Shown here one piece after another: positions 19,778 through 28,810 of a stretch of DNA of 64,000 bases (positions are counted from its first letter, which is position 1; every line of letters starts with the position of its first letter). The stretch spans positions 48,617-112,616 of the forward strand of contig CAZBWU010000001.1 of NCBI GenBank assembly GCA_964496095.1. Reading direction: 5' to 3'. The notes under the pieces are model-generated. The model was not told the DNA's origin. It worked only from the letters and a program-made list of their open reading frames with translations, and did no database searches. This stretch comes from an uncultured Gammaproteobacteria bacterium. Lineage in GTDB: Bacteria > Patescibacteriota > Patescibacteriia > Magasanikbacterales > GWA2-37-8. Made by a program: the position numbers and the translations under genes.

Positions 19778-20347
19778 ATGATATCTGTGGTTGCTGGAAA
19801 AATTTTAACCAAAAATGAAAACAAAGTCACGGTACTTACCTCTGGCGGCGTTGGTTATGAAGTTATGGTCAATTTTCGTTCTTCCGAGAATTGGGCAGTG
19901 GGAATGGAAGTAAGTATTTTAACCTATTTAGCTGTGCGAGAAAGTGCCTTGGATTTATATGGCTTTGCAAATTCACAAGAGAAAGATCTGTTTGAGAAGT
20001 TTTTGTTAGTAAGCGGTGTTGGTCCTAAGACTGCTTTGCATTTGTTATCTCTTGGTACAGTGTCAGAAATCTCGACCGCTATCGCTCAAGAAGATTTGGC
20101 CTATCTCACCAATGTAAGTGGTATTGGCAAGAAAACCGCGGAAAGAATTTTGGTGGAACTGAAAAATAAAATGGGTACGGGAATTATGGGCGAAGCAGGT
20201 ATCGATAGTTCGTTGGGAGATGTGATAGAAGGTTTGATGGCTTTGGGCTATTCGCTTCTTGAAGCAAGAAATGCGGTGAAGAATTTAGATGTAAAGGGTA
20301 AAAATAGTGAACAGCTTTTGAAAGAGGCTTTGCAAAGAGTAAAATAA
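19778..20347 (+). CDS. ruvA: Holliday junction branch migration protein RuvA
   Basis: GVGYEV, LYGF, VSGVGPKTAL, GIGKKTAERI, LMALGY. Confidence 0.97.
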   Translation: MISVVAGKILTKNENKVTVLTSGGVGYEVMVNFRSSENWAVGMEVSILTYLAVRESALDLYGFANSQEKDLFEKFLLVSGVGPKTALHLLSLGTVSEISTAIAQEDLAYLTNVSGIGKKTAERILVELKNKMGTGIMGEAGIDSSLGDVIEGLMALGYSLLEARNAVKNLDVKGKNSEQLLKEALQRVK

Positions 20348-20375
20348 ATTAGTTAATTTATTTAATATAAAACAT

Positions 20376-21137
20376 ATGGGAACTATAGGATTTTTATTAC
20401 CATGGGTAGTCGGTTTGGTATTTTTAGGTTTAAGAACAGTCCAACAATATCAAAAAGGAGTTATTTTCCGTTTTGGTAAAATTGTGGGTATTAAAGAGCC
20501 TGGTCTAAATTGGATTATTCCATTTATTGATCAAGTGCGTAAAGTTGATTTCCGCACGGTCACATTGCCTGTGCCAACTCAAAAAATTATTACTCGCGAT
20601 AATGTGTCAGTCGATGTTTCGGCTGTAGCCTATTACAAGATAGTTGATCCAATCAAGAGTATTGTGGCGATTGAAAATGTGATGAGTGCGATAAACCAAA
20701 TCGCCCAAACTTCAATTCGCAACATTGTTGGTAAATTTCAACTCGATGAAATACTTAGCGAACGTGAACAGATTAACAAAAGTATTGCTGGCGTTTTGGA
20801 TGCTCATACAGAAGCTTGGGGAGTGGTGGTGTCTGTGGTAGAAATAAAAGATATTGAATTGCCAGAAGGTATGCAGAGAGCGATGGCCAAACAGGCGGAA
20901 GCGGAAAGAGAAAAGCGCGCCAAGATTATTGCTGCTGAGGGTGAATTTTTGGCTTCCCAAAGGCTCGCAGATACAGCCGATGTTATGCAAGCTCATCCAA
21001 TTGCTTTACAACTTCGCAATTTGCAAACTATGGCTGAAATTAGTGTGGAAAAAAACTCAACTATTATCTTCCCTGCTCAGTTTATGAGCACAATCGGTGA
21101 AATCAAGAAATTCATGAGCCAAGAAACAGCTAAGTAG
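20376..21137 (+). CDS. SPFH/band-7 (slipin/stomatin-like) protein
   Basis: GVIFRFG, ITRDNVSV, RAMAKQAEAEREKRAKIIAAEGE, ALQLR. Confidence 0.95.
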   Translation: MGTIGFLLPWVVGLVFLGLRTVQQYQKGVIFRFGKIVGIKEPGLNWIIPFIDQVRKVDFRTVTLPVPTQKIITRDNVSVDVSAVAYYKIVDPIKSIVAIENVMSAINQIAQTSIRNIVGKFQLDEILSEREQINKSIAGVLDAHTEAWGVVVSVVEIKDIELPEGMQRAMAKQAEAEREKRAKIIAAEGEFLASQRLADTADVMQAHPIALQLRNLQTMAEISVEKNSTIIFPAQFMSTIGEIKKFMSQETAK

Positions 21138-21160
21138 TTTATAAAATATTATCGTTATTT

Positions 21161-21598
21161 ATGATCTGGCTTTTTTATTCTTTGGCGACCATAATTTTAT
21201 ATGGTGTCCATGATATTTTGGTTAAACATTTAGCTGGGAATGTTAATGAAATTACAGCCAGCACCATTATTAATGGTAGCGCAAGCTTGATTTTACTTTT
21301 TATAGCAATTTTATTTTACATATTTAATCCGGAAACTAAATTTTTATCTGGTATAAATAATGAAAATTTTATTTGGTTGTGCTTAGCTGGAATTTGCTTA
21401 GGTATAGCAACTGTTACCTTAATGTCTTCTTTTAATAAGGGCGGCTCTTTTTCTATTGTTATACCAATTGTTTATGTAGGGATTATTTTAGTTAGTGCTT
21501 TAGTTGGGTTTTTTTATTTTAAAGAACCTTTAAATTTTAAGCAGATACTAGGTGTAGTTTTAAGCGTAGTTGGAATGGTTTTTTTATTGCAAAAATAA
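21161..21598 (+). CDS. EamA/DMT family transporter (single domain)
   Basis: 5 TM segments; FKEPLNFKQILGVVLSVVG C-terminus. Confidence 0.8.
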   Translation: MIWLFYSLATIILYGVHDILVKHLAGNVNEITASTIINGSASLILLFIAILFYIFNPETKFLSGINNENFIWLCLAGICLGIATVTLMSSFNKGGSFSIVIPIVYVGIILVSALVGFFYFKEPLNFKQILGVVLSVVGMVFLLQK

Positions 21599-21604
21599 TC
21601 TTTT

Positions 21605-22846
21605 ATGAATTCGATAAAAAGTTTAGTTAAAAAACACGGAAGCCCAATTGTTTTATTTTCCAAAAAAGAATTTAAAAAGTCGTATTCATCGCTACAGAAA
21701 TTTTTACCTCAGGTTAAGCATTTTTATTCTTTGAAGCCCCTGCCATTTGAAGAATGTGTAAAAATTGTGTCGAGTTGCAAAGGCTACGTAGATGTTGCTT
21801 CTTTAGGTGAATTAGAAATGGTAAAAAAAGTAGACCCAACCATGCTTTCTCGTTGTATATACACACATCCTATAAAAAAAGATGCTGAAATTAAATCGGC
21901 ATTTGAAAATGGTGTAGACGTAATGGTGGTGGATAATATGGAGGAAATTAAAAAATTTTTACCCTATAAAGATAAAGTAAAAATTTTAATTCGCCTTGGT
22001 TTTCCAAACGATGAAGCAAAGTGCAATCTGTCTGAAAGATATGGGGCTGATGAAGCAACATTTAAAGAACTTGTAAATTTTGCTTTTGATAACCAATTAA
22101 ATATAATTGGGGCCTCGTTTCATGTTGGAAGTCAAATGCAGAAACCAACCGAGCATATTAATGCTATTAAAAAGTGCAAGGTGTTTTATGATTGGGTATT
22201 TAAAAATCATGGCACAAGGTTTGGTACTTTAGATATTGGAGGTGGCTTTCCCGCAAAGTACAATAACTCTGATATGGATTTAGAAAAATTTTGTAAACCA
22301 ATCGGAGAGGCATTAGAAAATTTTTTCCCAAATACTGAAATTTGGTCTGAACCAGGAAGATCTGTTGCTGCCAATTGCATGATAGCCGTAAGCAGGGTAG
22401 TAGGGAAGACATTTAAAAATGGTAAAATGTGGTATTATTTGGACGATGGAGTTTATGGAACATATTCGGGTATGATGTATGAAGATATAACCTACGAGCT
22501 CTATTCTGTTAAAAAATCTAATGAAAAACCAATTGCTTCTATTTTTGCTGGCCCAACTTGCGATAGTGTGGATATTATAGTGCCAAATGTAATGTTCCAA
22601 CCCTTGGATATAGGAGATATTCTTTTTTCTAAAAGAATAGGGGCCTATAGCGTAACTAACAGAACACGTTTTAACTTGCTTGAATTAGCAAAGGTAATAC
22701 CGTATGATTTTGATTTAGAAGATTTTGAAAATATTTCGAGCTCTACGTCGGTCAGTGAGGAAAAAAATCTAATTCAAAAAATTTTTGGTACAGTATTTAA
22801 TCATACGGTCGCTCCATATAGGTATTTTAATAAAAAGAAAATTTAA
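21605..22846 (+). CDS. Type III PLP-dependent ornithine/lysine decarboxylase
   Basis: YSLK (PLP Lys), DVASLGE, SFHVGSQ, LDIGGGFP, EPGR, GPTCDSVD, GAYS. Confidence 0.92.
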   Translation: MNSIKSLVKKHGSPIVLFSKKEFKKSYSSLQKFLPQVKHFYSLKPLPFEECVKIVSSCKGYVDVASLGELEMVKKVDPTMLSRCIYTHPIKKDAEIKSAFENGVDVMVVDNMEEIKKFLPYKDKVKILIRLGFPNDEAKCNLSERYGADEATFKELVNFAFDNQLNIIGASFHVGSQMQKPTEHINAIKKCKVFYDWVFKNHGTRFGTLDIGGGFPAKYNNSDMDLEKFCKPIGEALENFFPNTEIWSEPGRSVAANCMIAVSRVVGKTFKNGKMWYYLDDGVYGTYSGMMYEDITYELYSVKKSNEKPIASIFAGPTCDSVDIIVPNVMFQPLDIGDILFSKRIGAYSVTNRTRFNLLELAKVIPYDFDLEDFENISSSTSVSEEKNLIQKIFGTVFNHTVAPYRYFNKKKI

Positions 22847-22851
22847 TAAGT

Positions 22852-22962
22852 ATGGCTGAAATTAGTGTGGAGAAAAACTCAACCATCATTTTCCCAGCTC
22901 AGTTTATGAGTACAATCGGTGAGATTAGGAAATTCATGAGTCAAGAAACGGTAAATAATTAG
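22852..22962 (+). pseudogene. Displaced duplicate of the last ~36 codons of the SPFH gene
   Basis: Colinear with 21030-21137; encodes MAEISVEKNSTIIFPAQFMSTIGEIRKFMSQETVNN. Confidence 0.9.
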
Positions 22963-22967
22963 CTTCT

Positions 22968-23888
22968 TTAAATCTTACCTAATACTAGTGCCAATAATGC
23001 TTGGCGTATGTATAAGCCATTGGCTGCCTGCTGAAAGTAATAAGCATATGGTGTTGCGTCCACGTCTGTATGAATTTCATTAATACGTGGGAGAGGGTTT
23101 AGGATCCGCATAGTTTTTTTGGCTCCTCGTAGCATATCGGCTCGGAGGACGTATACATTTTTTAGTCGTTCAAATTCAGCCTTATCTGAAAATCGTTCTT
23201 CTTGGACGCGATTTGTATAGAGAATATCCACTTTTTTTAGGACATCATCCATATTTTCGTGCAATGAAAACTTTATTCCAGCTTGTTTCAGTTCATTTGT
23301 AATTGAGTCTGGCATTTGCAGGCTTGGAGGAGCAATAAAGTACAATTGGACTTTGAAATGTGTAAGCGCTTGTGCCAATGAATGCATGGTACGGCTATGT
23401 TTAGGGTCGCCCATCATTGCAATGTGAAGCCCATCAATTTTCTTCTGACATTCCAATATAGTAAATAAATCTATCAGAGTTTGCGTTGGGTGTTGATTTG
23501 CCCCATCTCCGCAATTGATGACTGGTTTATCTGTAGCTTCTCCGGCTATCTGAGCGGCGCCTTCAAGAAAATGCCTGATAGCAATTATGTCAACATATTG
23601 GCCGATAATTTTCATGGAGTCATGGAGAGTTTCGCCTTTTTTGGAAGAGGTTACATCTGGATCTGCAAAACCAATAACACTACCCCCGAGTCTTTGCATG
23701 GCGGCTTCAGTGGAAAGACGAGTGCGAGTTGAGGGTTCAAAAAAACAACTTGCTAGGATTTTTCCTTTAAGCAAGTTGTTTTTAGGGGAAACTTTTAATT
23801 GTTTGGCTACTTTTATTATATCCAGAATCTCTTTTTTACTGAGTTCGTTTATAGAGATAATATCTCTGCCGACGAGACTACTTTTCAT
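22968..23888 (-). CDS. pyrB: Aspartate carbamoyltransferase
   Basis: FFEPSTRTR, KKGETL, AIRH, GDGANQHPTQ, RVQEER, PLPR. Confidence 0.97.
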   Translation of the reverse strand: MKSSLVGRDIISINELSKKEILDIIKVAKQLKVSPKNNLLKGKILASCFFEPSTRTRLSTEAAMQRLGGSVIGFADPDVTSSKKGETLHDSMKIIGQYVDIIAIRHFLEGAAQIAGEATDKPVINCGDGANQHPTQTLIDLFTILECQKKIDGLHIAMMGDPKHSRTMHSLAQALTHFKVQLYFIAPPSLQMPDSITNELKQAGIKFSLHENMDDVLKKVDILYTNRVQEERFSDKAEFERLKNVYVLRADMLRGAKKTMRILNPLPRINEIHTDVDATPYAYYFQQAANGLYIRQALLALVLGKI

Positions 23889-23967
23889 ATAGAAAAAGTT
23901 AAAAATTAACTAGCTAAATTTAATCAAGAAAATAGATGTCTGTCAAATGGGTAAATACTGTTGATGG

Positions 23968-24029
23968 TTGACAATGGGGCTTAAGAGTTATATTATTTAT
24001 CCAAATCTCTATGATAGAGATTTGGATAA
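23968..24029 (+). promoter_or_regulatory. sigma70-type promoter followed by a perfect 15-bp inverted repeat
   Basis: TTGACA-N17-TATTAT, then TTATCCAAATCTCTA-TGA-TAGAGATTTGGATAA. Confidence 0.7.
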
Positions 24030-24063
24030 TATATGTATTTAACTTGTTTATTTTGATTATTTT

Positions 24064-25062
24064 ATGGTTGAAGATAATTTGATTTTTTACGAAAAGAAAA
24101 AGCTGGTTGGAAATATTTCTGTCTTAGGAGTTCCTTTAGATTTGGGTAAAGATGCTTCGGGTACTGAACTAGCTCCTGCGTATATAAGAAATTCGGGGTT
24201 GAAAATAATGTGTGAAGAGATCGGCCTTTCTTATAAAGATCTAGGTGATATAGAGTGCGCAGATAAAATCGTGTCACCAATTGGCGATATTAAAGTAAAG
24301 TATTTGGATGAAATTGTGAGGGTGGTTGAAGAGTCTGCCAAAATTGTCAAAAATGAAGTAGAAGTAGGTAATAAAATGTTGGTTTTGGGTGGAGACCATT
24401 CTATTTCCATTGGTAATATCTCTGGGGCTTCTGTGGCCTGTGAAGGGGATTTGGGAGTGGTTTGGATTGATGCTCATGGCGATATGATGACTCATGAAAA
24501 TACTTTGTCTGGAAATATCCACGGCATGCCATCTTCGGCTGTAATGGGGTTGGGGCATAAAAAATTGACCGATGTTTTAAAGCCAGGCGCCAAAATAAAA
24601 ACTGAAAATATTATTTATATTGGTCTAAAAGATTTGGATCAGGCTGAGGTTGATCTGATTAGAGAAAAGAAACTAAACGCTTTTACAATCATGGATATAG
24701 CTCGCTATGGTCTTGATCCAGTCATGAAAAGTTTGTCTGATCTCAAAAAACGAGTTGGTAATATTTGGGTAAGTTTGGATGTTGACGCTATTGATTCGCT
24801 TTATAGTTCAGCGACGCCTATGGCCACACCCGATGGTCTAAGCGGAAGAGAGATATTTTGTTTGACAAAATATATCGGTAAAATGGACAATTTAGTCGGC
24901 ATGGATATTGTGGAGGTCGCTCCGGAAATGGATGAAAATGGAAAAACCGGCAAGTTGCTTATGGAGCTCACAGCCAATTTATTGGGAAGCGAGTATGGCT
25001 GGTATAGTCAGTATATGAAAAAAGAATTGACCAAACAAGAAGAAAGAAGCCATAAAATTTAA
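24064..25062 (+). CDS. rocF: Arginase
   Basis: LGGDHSISIG, WIDAHGD, SGNIHGMP, SLDVDAID, DIVEV. Confidence 0.9.
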   Translation: MVEDNLIFYEKKKLVGNISVLGVPLDLGKDASGTELAPAYIRNSGLKIMCEEIGLSYKDLGDIECADKIVSPIGDIKVKYLDEIVRVVEESAKIVKNEVEVGNKMLVLGGDHSISIGNISGASVACEGDLGVVWIDAHGDMMTHENTLSGNIHGMPSSAVMGLGHKKLTDVLKPGAKIKTENIIYIGLKDLDQAEVDLIREKKLNAFTIMDIARYGLDPVMKSLSDLKKRVGNIWVSLDVDAIDSLYSSATPMATPDGLSGREIFCLTKYIGKMDNLVGMDIVEVAPEMDENGKTGKLLMELTANLLGSEYGWYSQYMKKELTKQEERSHKI

Positions 25063-25069
25063 ATAAATA

Positions 25070-25100
25070 AAAAAGTCCTAGAAATTTACTAGGGCTTTTT
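25070..25100. terminator. Bidirectional intrinsic terminator
   Basis: AAAAAGTCCTAG-N7-CTAGGGCTTTTT between convergent genes. Confidence 0.75.
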
Positions 25101-25108
25101 TATTTATA

Positions 25109-26659
25109 TTATTTCATTTTTTCTCGTAATAATTTTTCCGCTACTACCGGATCGGCTGAGCCTTCGGTGGCTTTCATGACCATGCCTTTGAGAAATTGGA
25201 GAATTGATTCTTTGCCACTTTTGAATTGTTCGACTTGTTGCGGATAGTTCTTTATGATTTCATCTACAACTTCGGATAGCTTGCCTTCATCGCTGATTTG
25301 TCCGTAGCCTTTTTCTTCCATGACGTGCGTTGGGTCAAGGTCAACGCCGGAATCAAGCATTTCATTCAGGATTTTTTGGGCATTGGTGGAGTTAACCCGG
25401 TTGCTATATATCAAAGCAATAAGTTCGGCAAAATTTTCTGGTTTTAATTTGAGAATTTTTATATCAATTTTGCGTTCGGCCATGGCGCCGACAAGCTTAC
25501 TAGTAATCCAACCACCCGCGAGGCGGGCGATTTGTTGTTGTTTGTTTCGTTTGATTTCGTCTGTGTCGGTTTTGGATTCGCTCAAGTTATGAAGCCATTC
25601 TACTAGTTCGGTCATGACATTTTCGGTGTAATCTGCCCAGGTAGAATCATTGGCGAGCAGTTCGGCGTCGGCGTAAGAGAAACCATATTCTTCTCGGAAG
25701 CGTAAGCGTTTAGCTTGAGGGAGTTCTGGTAATAATACTTCACCTGCTACTTTGAGCGGATGAAATGGAGGAATGTCTGGCTCGGGGAAATAGCGGTAAT
25801 CAGCTGAACTTTCTTTTTCTCTTTGCATGACTGTCTCGCCTTTGTTGTCGTCCCAACCCCGAGTTTGTTGTTTCCATGTTTCGCCAATGGCTAACATTTC
25901 AGTCTGTCTTTTTATTTCAAAATCAATCGCTTTTTCGACAGCGCGGAAGGAGTTAATATTTTTGACTTCTACTTTTGGATTGAGGGTATAACCATCTACT
26001 GGTTTGATAATCCCGTGGTCGTTGACGAACTTACCTTCTTCTTGGATAGAAATATTGGCCTCACAGCGCATGTTGCCTTTTTCCATGTCAGCATCGCTGA
26101 TTTCTAGGTAACGAAAAATATTTTGTAATTCTTGGCAATACATTTTGGCTTCAGCAGAGCTAGTGACATCAGGCTCGGAGACAATCTCGACCAGAGGCAC
26201 GCCAGCACGGTTAAAATTGACCAAGGTGTTGCCGGAAGCGTCATGGGATAGTTTGGCCGTGTCTTCTTCCATATGCACTCTGGTGACCCCAATTTGGGCT
26301 TTATCGCGATGATTCTTGCCAGGAAGGAATTCTAGGTCAATGTAGCCGTGTTCGCCAATTGGTTGGTCAAACTGGGATATCTGGTAGCCTTTAGGAAGAT
26401 CTGGGTAAAAGTAATGTTTACGGTCAAATTTGCTTTCAGGATTGATCTCACAATTGAGGGCTTTGGCGATTTTGACTGCCCAGGCCAGGGCGGTTTGGTT
26501 GGGGACTGGCAGGGTGCCAGGGTGAGCGAGGCAGATTTCGCAGATATTTGCATTAGGCTCAGAAACAAAAGGATCATTTTTGCAACTGCAAAACATTTTG
26601 CTTTTGGTTTTGAGTTCAACGTGGATTTCCATGCCGATTATGGGGATGTATTTGGGCAT
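25109..26659 (-). CDS. gatB: Asp/Glu-tRNA amidotransferase subunit B
   Basis: IGMEIHVEL, FDRKHYFYPDLPKGYQISQ, HMEED, NRAGVPLVEIV, EVKNINSF, DYRYFPEPD. Confidence 0.98.
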   Translation of the reverse strand: MPKYIPIIGMEIHVELKTKSKMFCSCKNDPFVSEPNANICEICLAHPGTLPVPNQTALAWAVKIAKALNCEINPESKFDRKHYFYPDLPKGYQISQFDQPIGEHGYIDLEFLPGKNHRDKAQIGVTRVHMEEDTAKLSHDASGNTLVNFNRAGVPLVEIVSEPDVTSSAEAKMYCQELQNIFRYLEISDADMEKGNMRCEANISIQEEGKFVNDHGIIKPVDGYTLNPKVEVKNINSFRAVEKAIDFEIKRQTEMLAIGETWKQQTRGWDDNKGETVMQREKESSADYRYFPEPDIPPFHPLKVAGEVLLPELPQAKRLRFREEYGFSYADAELLANDSTWADYTENVMTELVEWLHNLSESKTDTDEIKRNKQQQIARLAGGWITSKLVGAMAERKIDIKILKLKPENFAELIALIYSNRVNSTNAQKILNEMLDSGVDLDPTHVMEEKGYGQISDEGKLSEVVDEIIKNYPQQVEQFKSGKESILQFLKGMVMKATEGSADPVVAEKLLREKMK

Positions 26660-26717
26660 AAATTTAACTTAAATTATGTTATAAGGTTATCATTTTTAAG
26701 TATTCTTTGCAATTAAA

Positions 26718-27243
26718 TTTAATCCACCTTTTGTAACCAAAAGCATATTAGTTAGACCCTTTCTTTAGAAGAAAGGGCAAAAAGAAGCGCGAGCTAGTAA
26801 AATTACTCGGAGCCAGACAGGACTTCTCCTCACTTCCGCCCTGAACTCGCCTGCGGTCTCAAACAGCAGGGCGGATTCTTTTGAAGAACCGCTCAGGTTC
26901 GTCTCTGTCTGCTACCTCCTAATTTCAAGGCTCGCACGGACAGTTCGGATAGACGAAAGTCGTCGTTGTCTGTGCGAGCCTTGGAAAAACGAAGTTTAAA
27001 TTTAGAGATGAGTTTTAGTGTTCGCCCAGCCCGCTCTTGCGGGGCTGGGGAAATTTTCAATTGTTTGAGACAGCTTTTTATAGAAAAGCTGTTGAGTTTT
27101 GAAAATTAACTAAAATGAGGTCTAAATTTTCTGAGTTTTTCCATTGTGAGCGCTTCTTTCTTTTGCTTTCTTCTAAAGAAAGCAAAAAGTAATTTGATTT
27201 TTGTTTACAAAAGGTGAAATTTAGATTTCTTCTAAAGAAGTAG
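26718..27243. repeat. Large structured intergenic element, copy A (MITE-like or structured RNA)
   Basis: Imperfect terminal IRs (TAATCCACCTTTTGTAACCAAAA / TTTTGTTTACAAAAGGTGAAATTTA), many hairpins; homologous to 51048-51482 in inverted orientation. Confidence 0.85.
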
Positions 27244-27307
27244 AAAAAAAGTTTATTTAAAAAAACCTCGATCAATGTCGAAGTTTTTTTGTGAAAGATT
27301 TAGAAAA

Positions 27308-28066
27308 TTAGATTTTTGGAGGAGTGAGAGGAATTTCTGATCCGACTGGGTTGGCTTTAGCACTGTAATATAAAATTAAACTTGTTGCAGTAGAGAAAGG
27401 TATTATTGTTGTGTTAATGAGCGAGCTTAATAAAGCTGTCAGAGTTTCTTGTAAGAACTTTGCCATAGGGATTTTTTCAACCACAATTGTCAGTAATAAA
27501 TCTGGGAGAAGGCTTATTAGAAATAAAACAAAGCCAATTCCGATAAGCCTAAAAGTTATTTGCCACCATCGCCCAACTACCAAAGATTTGCTAATGCGTA
27601 AAGCTTCCATACCTCTGGCATTTTCAAGTATAGCTGGGTATGTAACAAAACCATACCAGACAGAGAAAATTATTCCAGGAATAACAAAGAGGATGCTTCC
27701 CCCTAAAATTATTAGGCCTGCTATAAAAGAAACCCAAATAACAGGTAGGATTAAATGATTTGATATTTTGAAATTTTCTTTCCAGTCTAAAGTTTGGTCG
27801 GTTAAATTGGCGTTTAAAGCTCTGATTAAAGCGATTGAGGCTAGTAGGGTAGTTACCAAGCTAGCCGCAAAAATCATTATAATTATTATGTTACTTGCCA
27901 AGCTAGAAGCGGGTAGGAGGATTGAAAGGTATAGTGATATGGTGCCAATGATAGACAGTATCAGGGTTGGTAAAAATATAGCTAGCATGTAAGGCAAATA
28001 ATTACGCCAGTTTTTTTTGTATAATTGGAAGCTTTCTGAAACGAGCTCAGGAACTGTTTTTAACAT
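27308..28066 (-). CDS. Polytopic membrane protein (GDPD membrane-domain-like)
   Basis: LFVIPGIIFSVWY, ALRISKSLVVGRWW; multiple TMs. Confidence 0.75.
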   Translation of the reverse strand: MLKTVPELVSESFQLYKKNWRNYLPYMLAIFLPTLILSIIGTISLYLSILLPASSLASNIIIIMIFAASLVTTLLASIALIRALNANLTDQTLDWKENFKISNHLILPVIWVSFIAGLIILGGSILFVIPGIIFSVWYGFVTYPAILENARGMEALRISKSLVVGRWWQITFRLIGIGFVLFLISLLPDLLLTIVVEKIPMAKFLQETLTALLSSLINTTIIPFSTATSLILYYSAKANPVGSEIPLTPPKI

Positions 28067-28135
28067 ATAATTTTCTTAAATAAATTTAATGATTCTTGTT
28101 TCATTGTATCAATTTCTGCCTCTTAATTCAAGCAG

Positions 28136-28801
28136 TTAAAGACTTTTAGAAATTTCGGCCCAGATTTTTTGATGAATAATCTCAGGAGATTGTATTATTT
28201 TATTTTCTTCACATTCTATAAGTTTAAATTCGGGAAAGGTAGTAGCAATATTAATATAAGCTTCCTCGGCATTTTTTAAATGTAGTAGATCGTCTTCGTG
28301 GATGTCTCTTTTTTTACCGTGTAGATATTCTCGTGCTTCTTTTTTGTCTATTAAGGACTGAGATGTTTCAGGGGAGACATGCAGAATGATATTGACATTT
28401 GGTTTGGGAATTTGAAAAATATTGTATTCTAAATCATACACCCAATCAAAAAATTTTTTTCTTTCAGTTAAGTCCTGGATCTTTCCGCCTTGGTGGCCCA
28501 TGTTGGAACCAACGTAACGATTGGCAATAACAATATAGCCTTCACTAAGCCAGGTCTTTATTTGTTGGCTGGCTGCGTATCTGTCTACAGCATAAAAAAT
28601 TGAGGCACGGTATGGGCCAACTTCTTCAGATGATCCAAATTTGCCATTTAGATAGTCTTCTATGACCGCAGCGCTTCTCTCTCCGTATCTAGGGAAGCTA
28701 ATCTGTTGGACAGGTTTTTTTTCATCAGTAAGATGTTTGACTAGCATTTCTGTTTGTAGGCTTTTACCAGAGCCGTCTGTGCCTTCAATCATGATGAACA
28801 T
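28136..28801 (-). CDS. tmk: Thymidylate kinase
   Basis: IEGTDGSGKS, FPRY, AVDRY, NRYVGSNMGHQG. Confidence 0.93.
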   Translation of the reverse strand: MFIMIEGTDGSGKSLQTEMLVKHLTDEKKPVQQISFPRYGERSAAVIEDYLNGKFGSSEEVGPYRASIFYAVDRYAASQQIKTWLSEGYIVIANRYVGSNMGHQGGKIQDLTERKKFFDWVYDLEYNIFQIPKPNVNIILHVSPETSQSLIDKKEAREYLHGKKRDIHEDDLLHLKNAEEAYINIATTFPEFKLIECEENKIIQSPEIIHQKIWAEISKSL

Positions 28802-28810
28802 AACGAGAAG

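Noticed and set aside
26718-27243. T-box riboswitch upstream of gatB or proS
   Set aside because: No TGGNACCGCG T-box or recognisable specifier loop seen; the symmetric, terminal-IR architecture fits a repeat element better.
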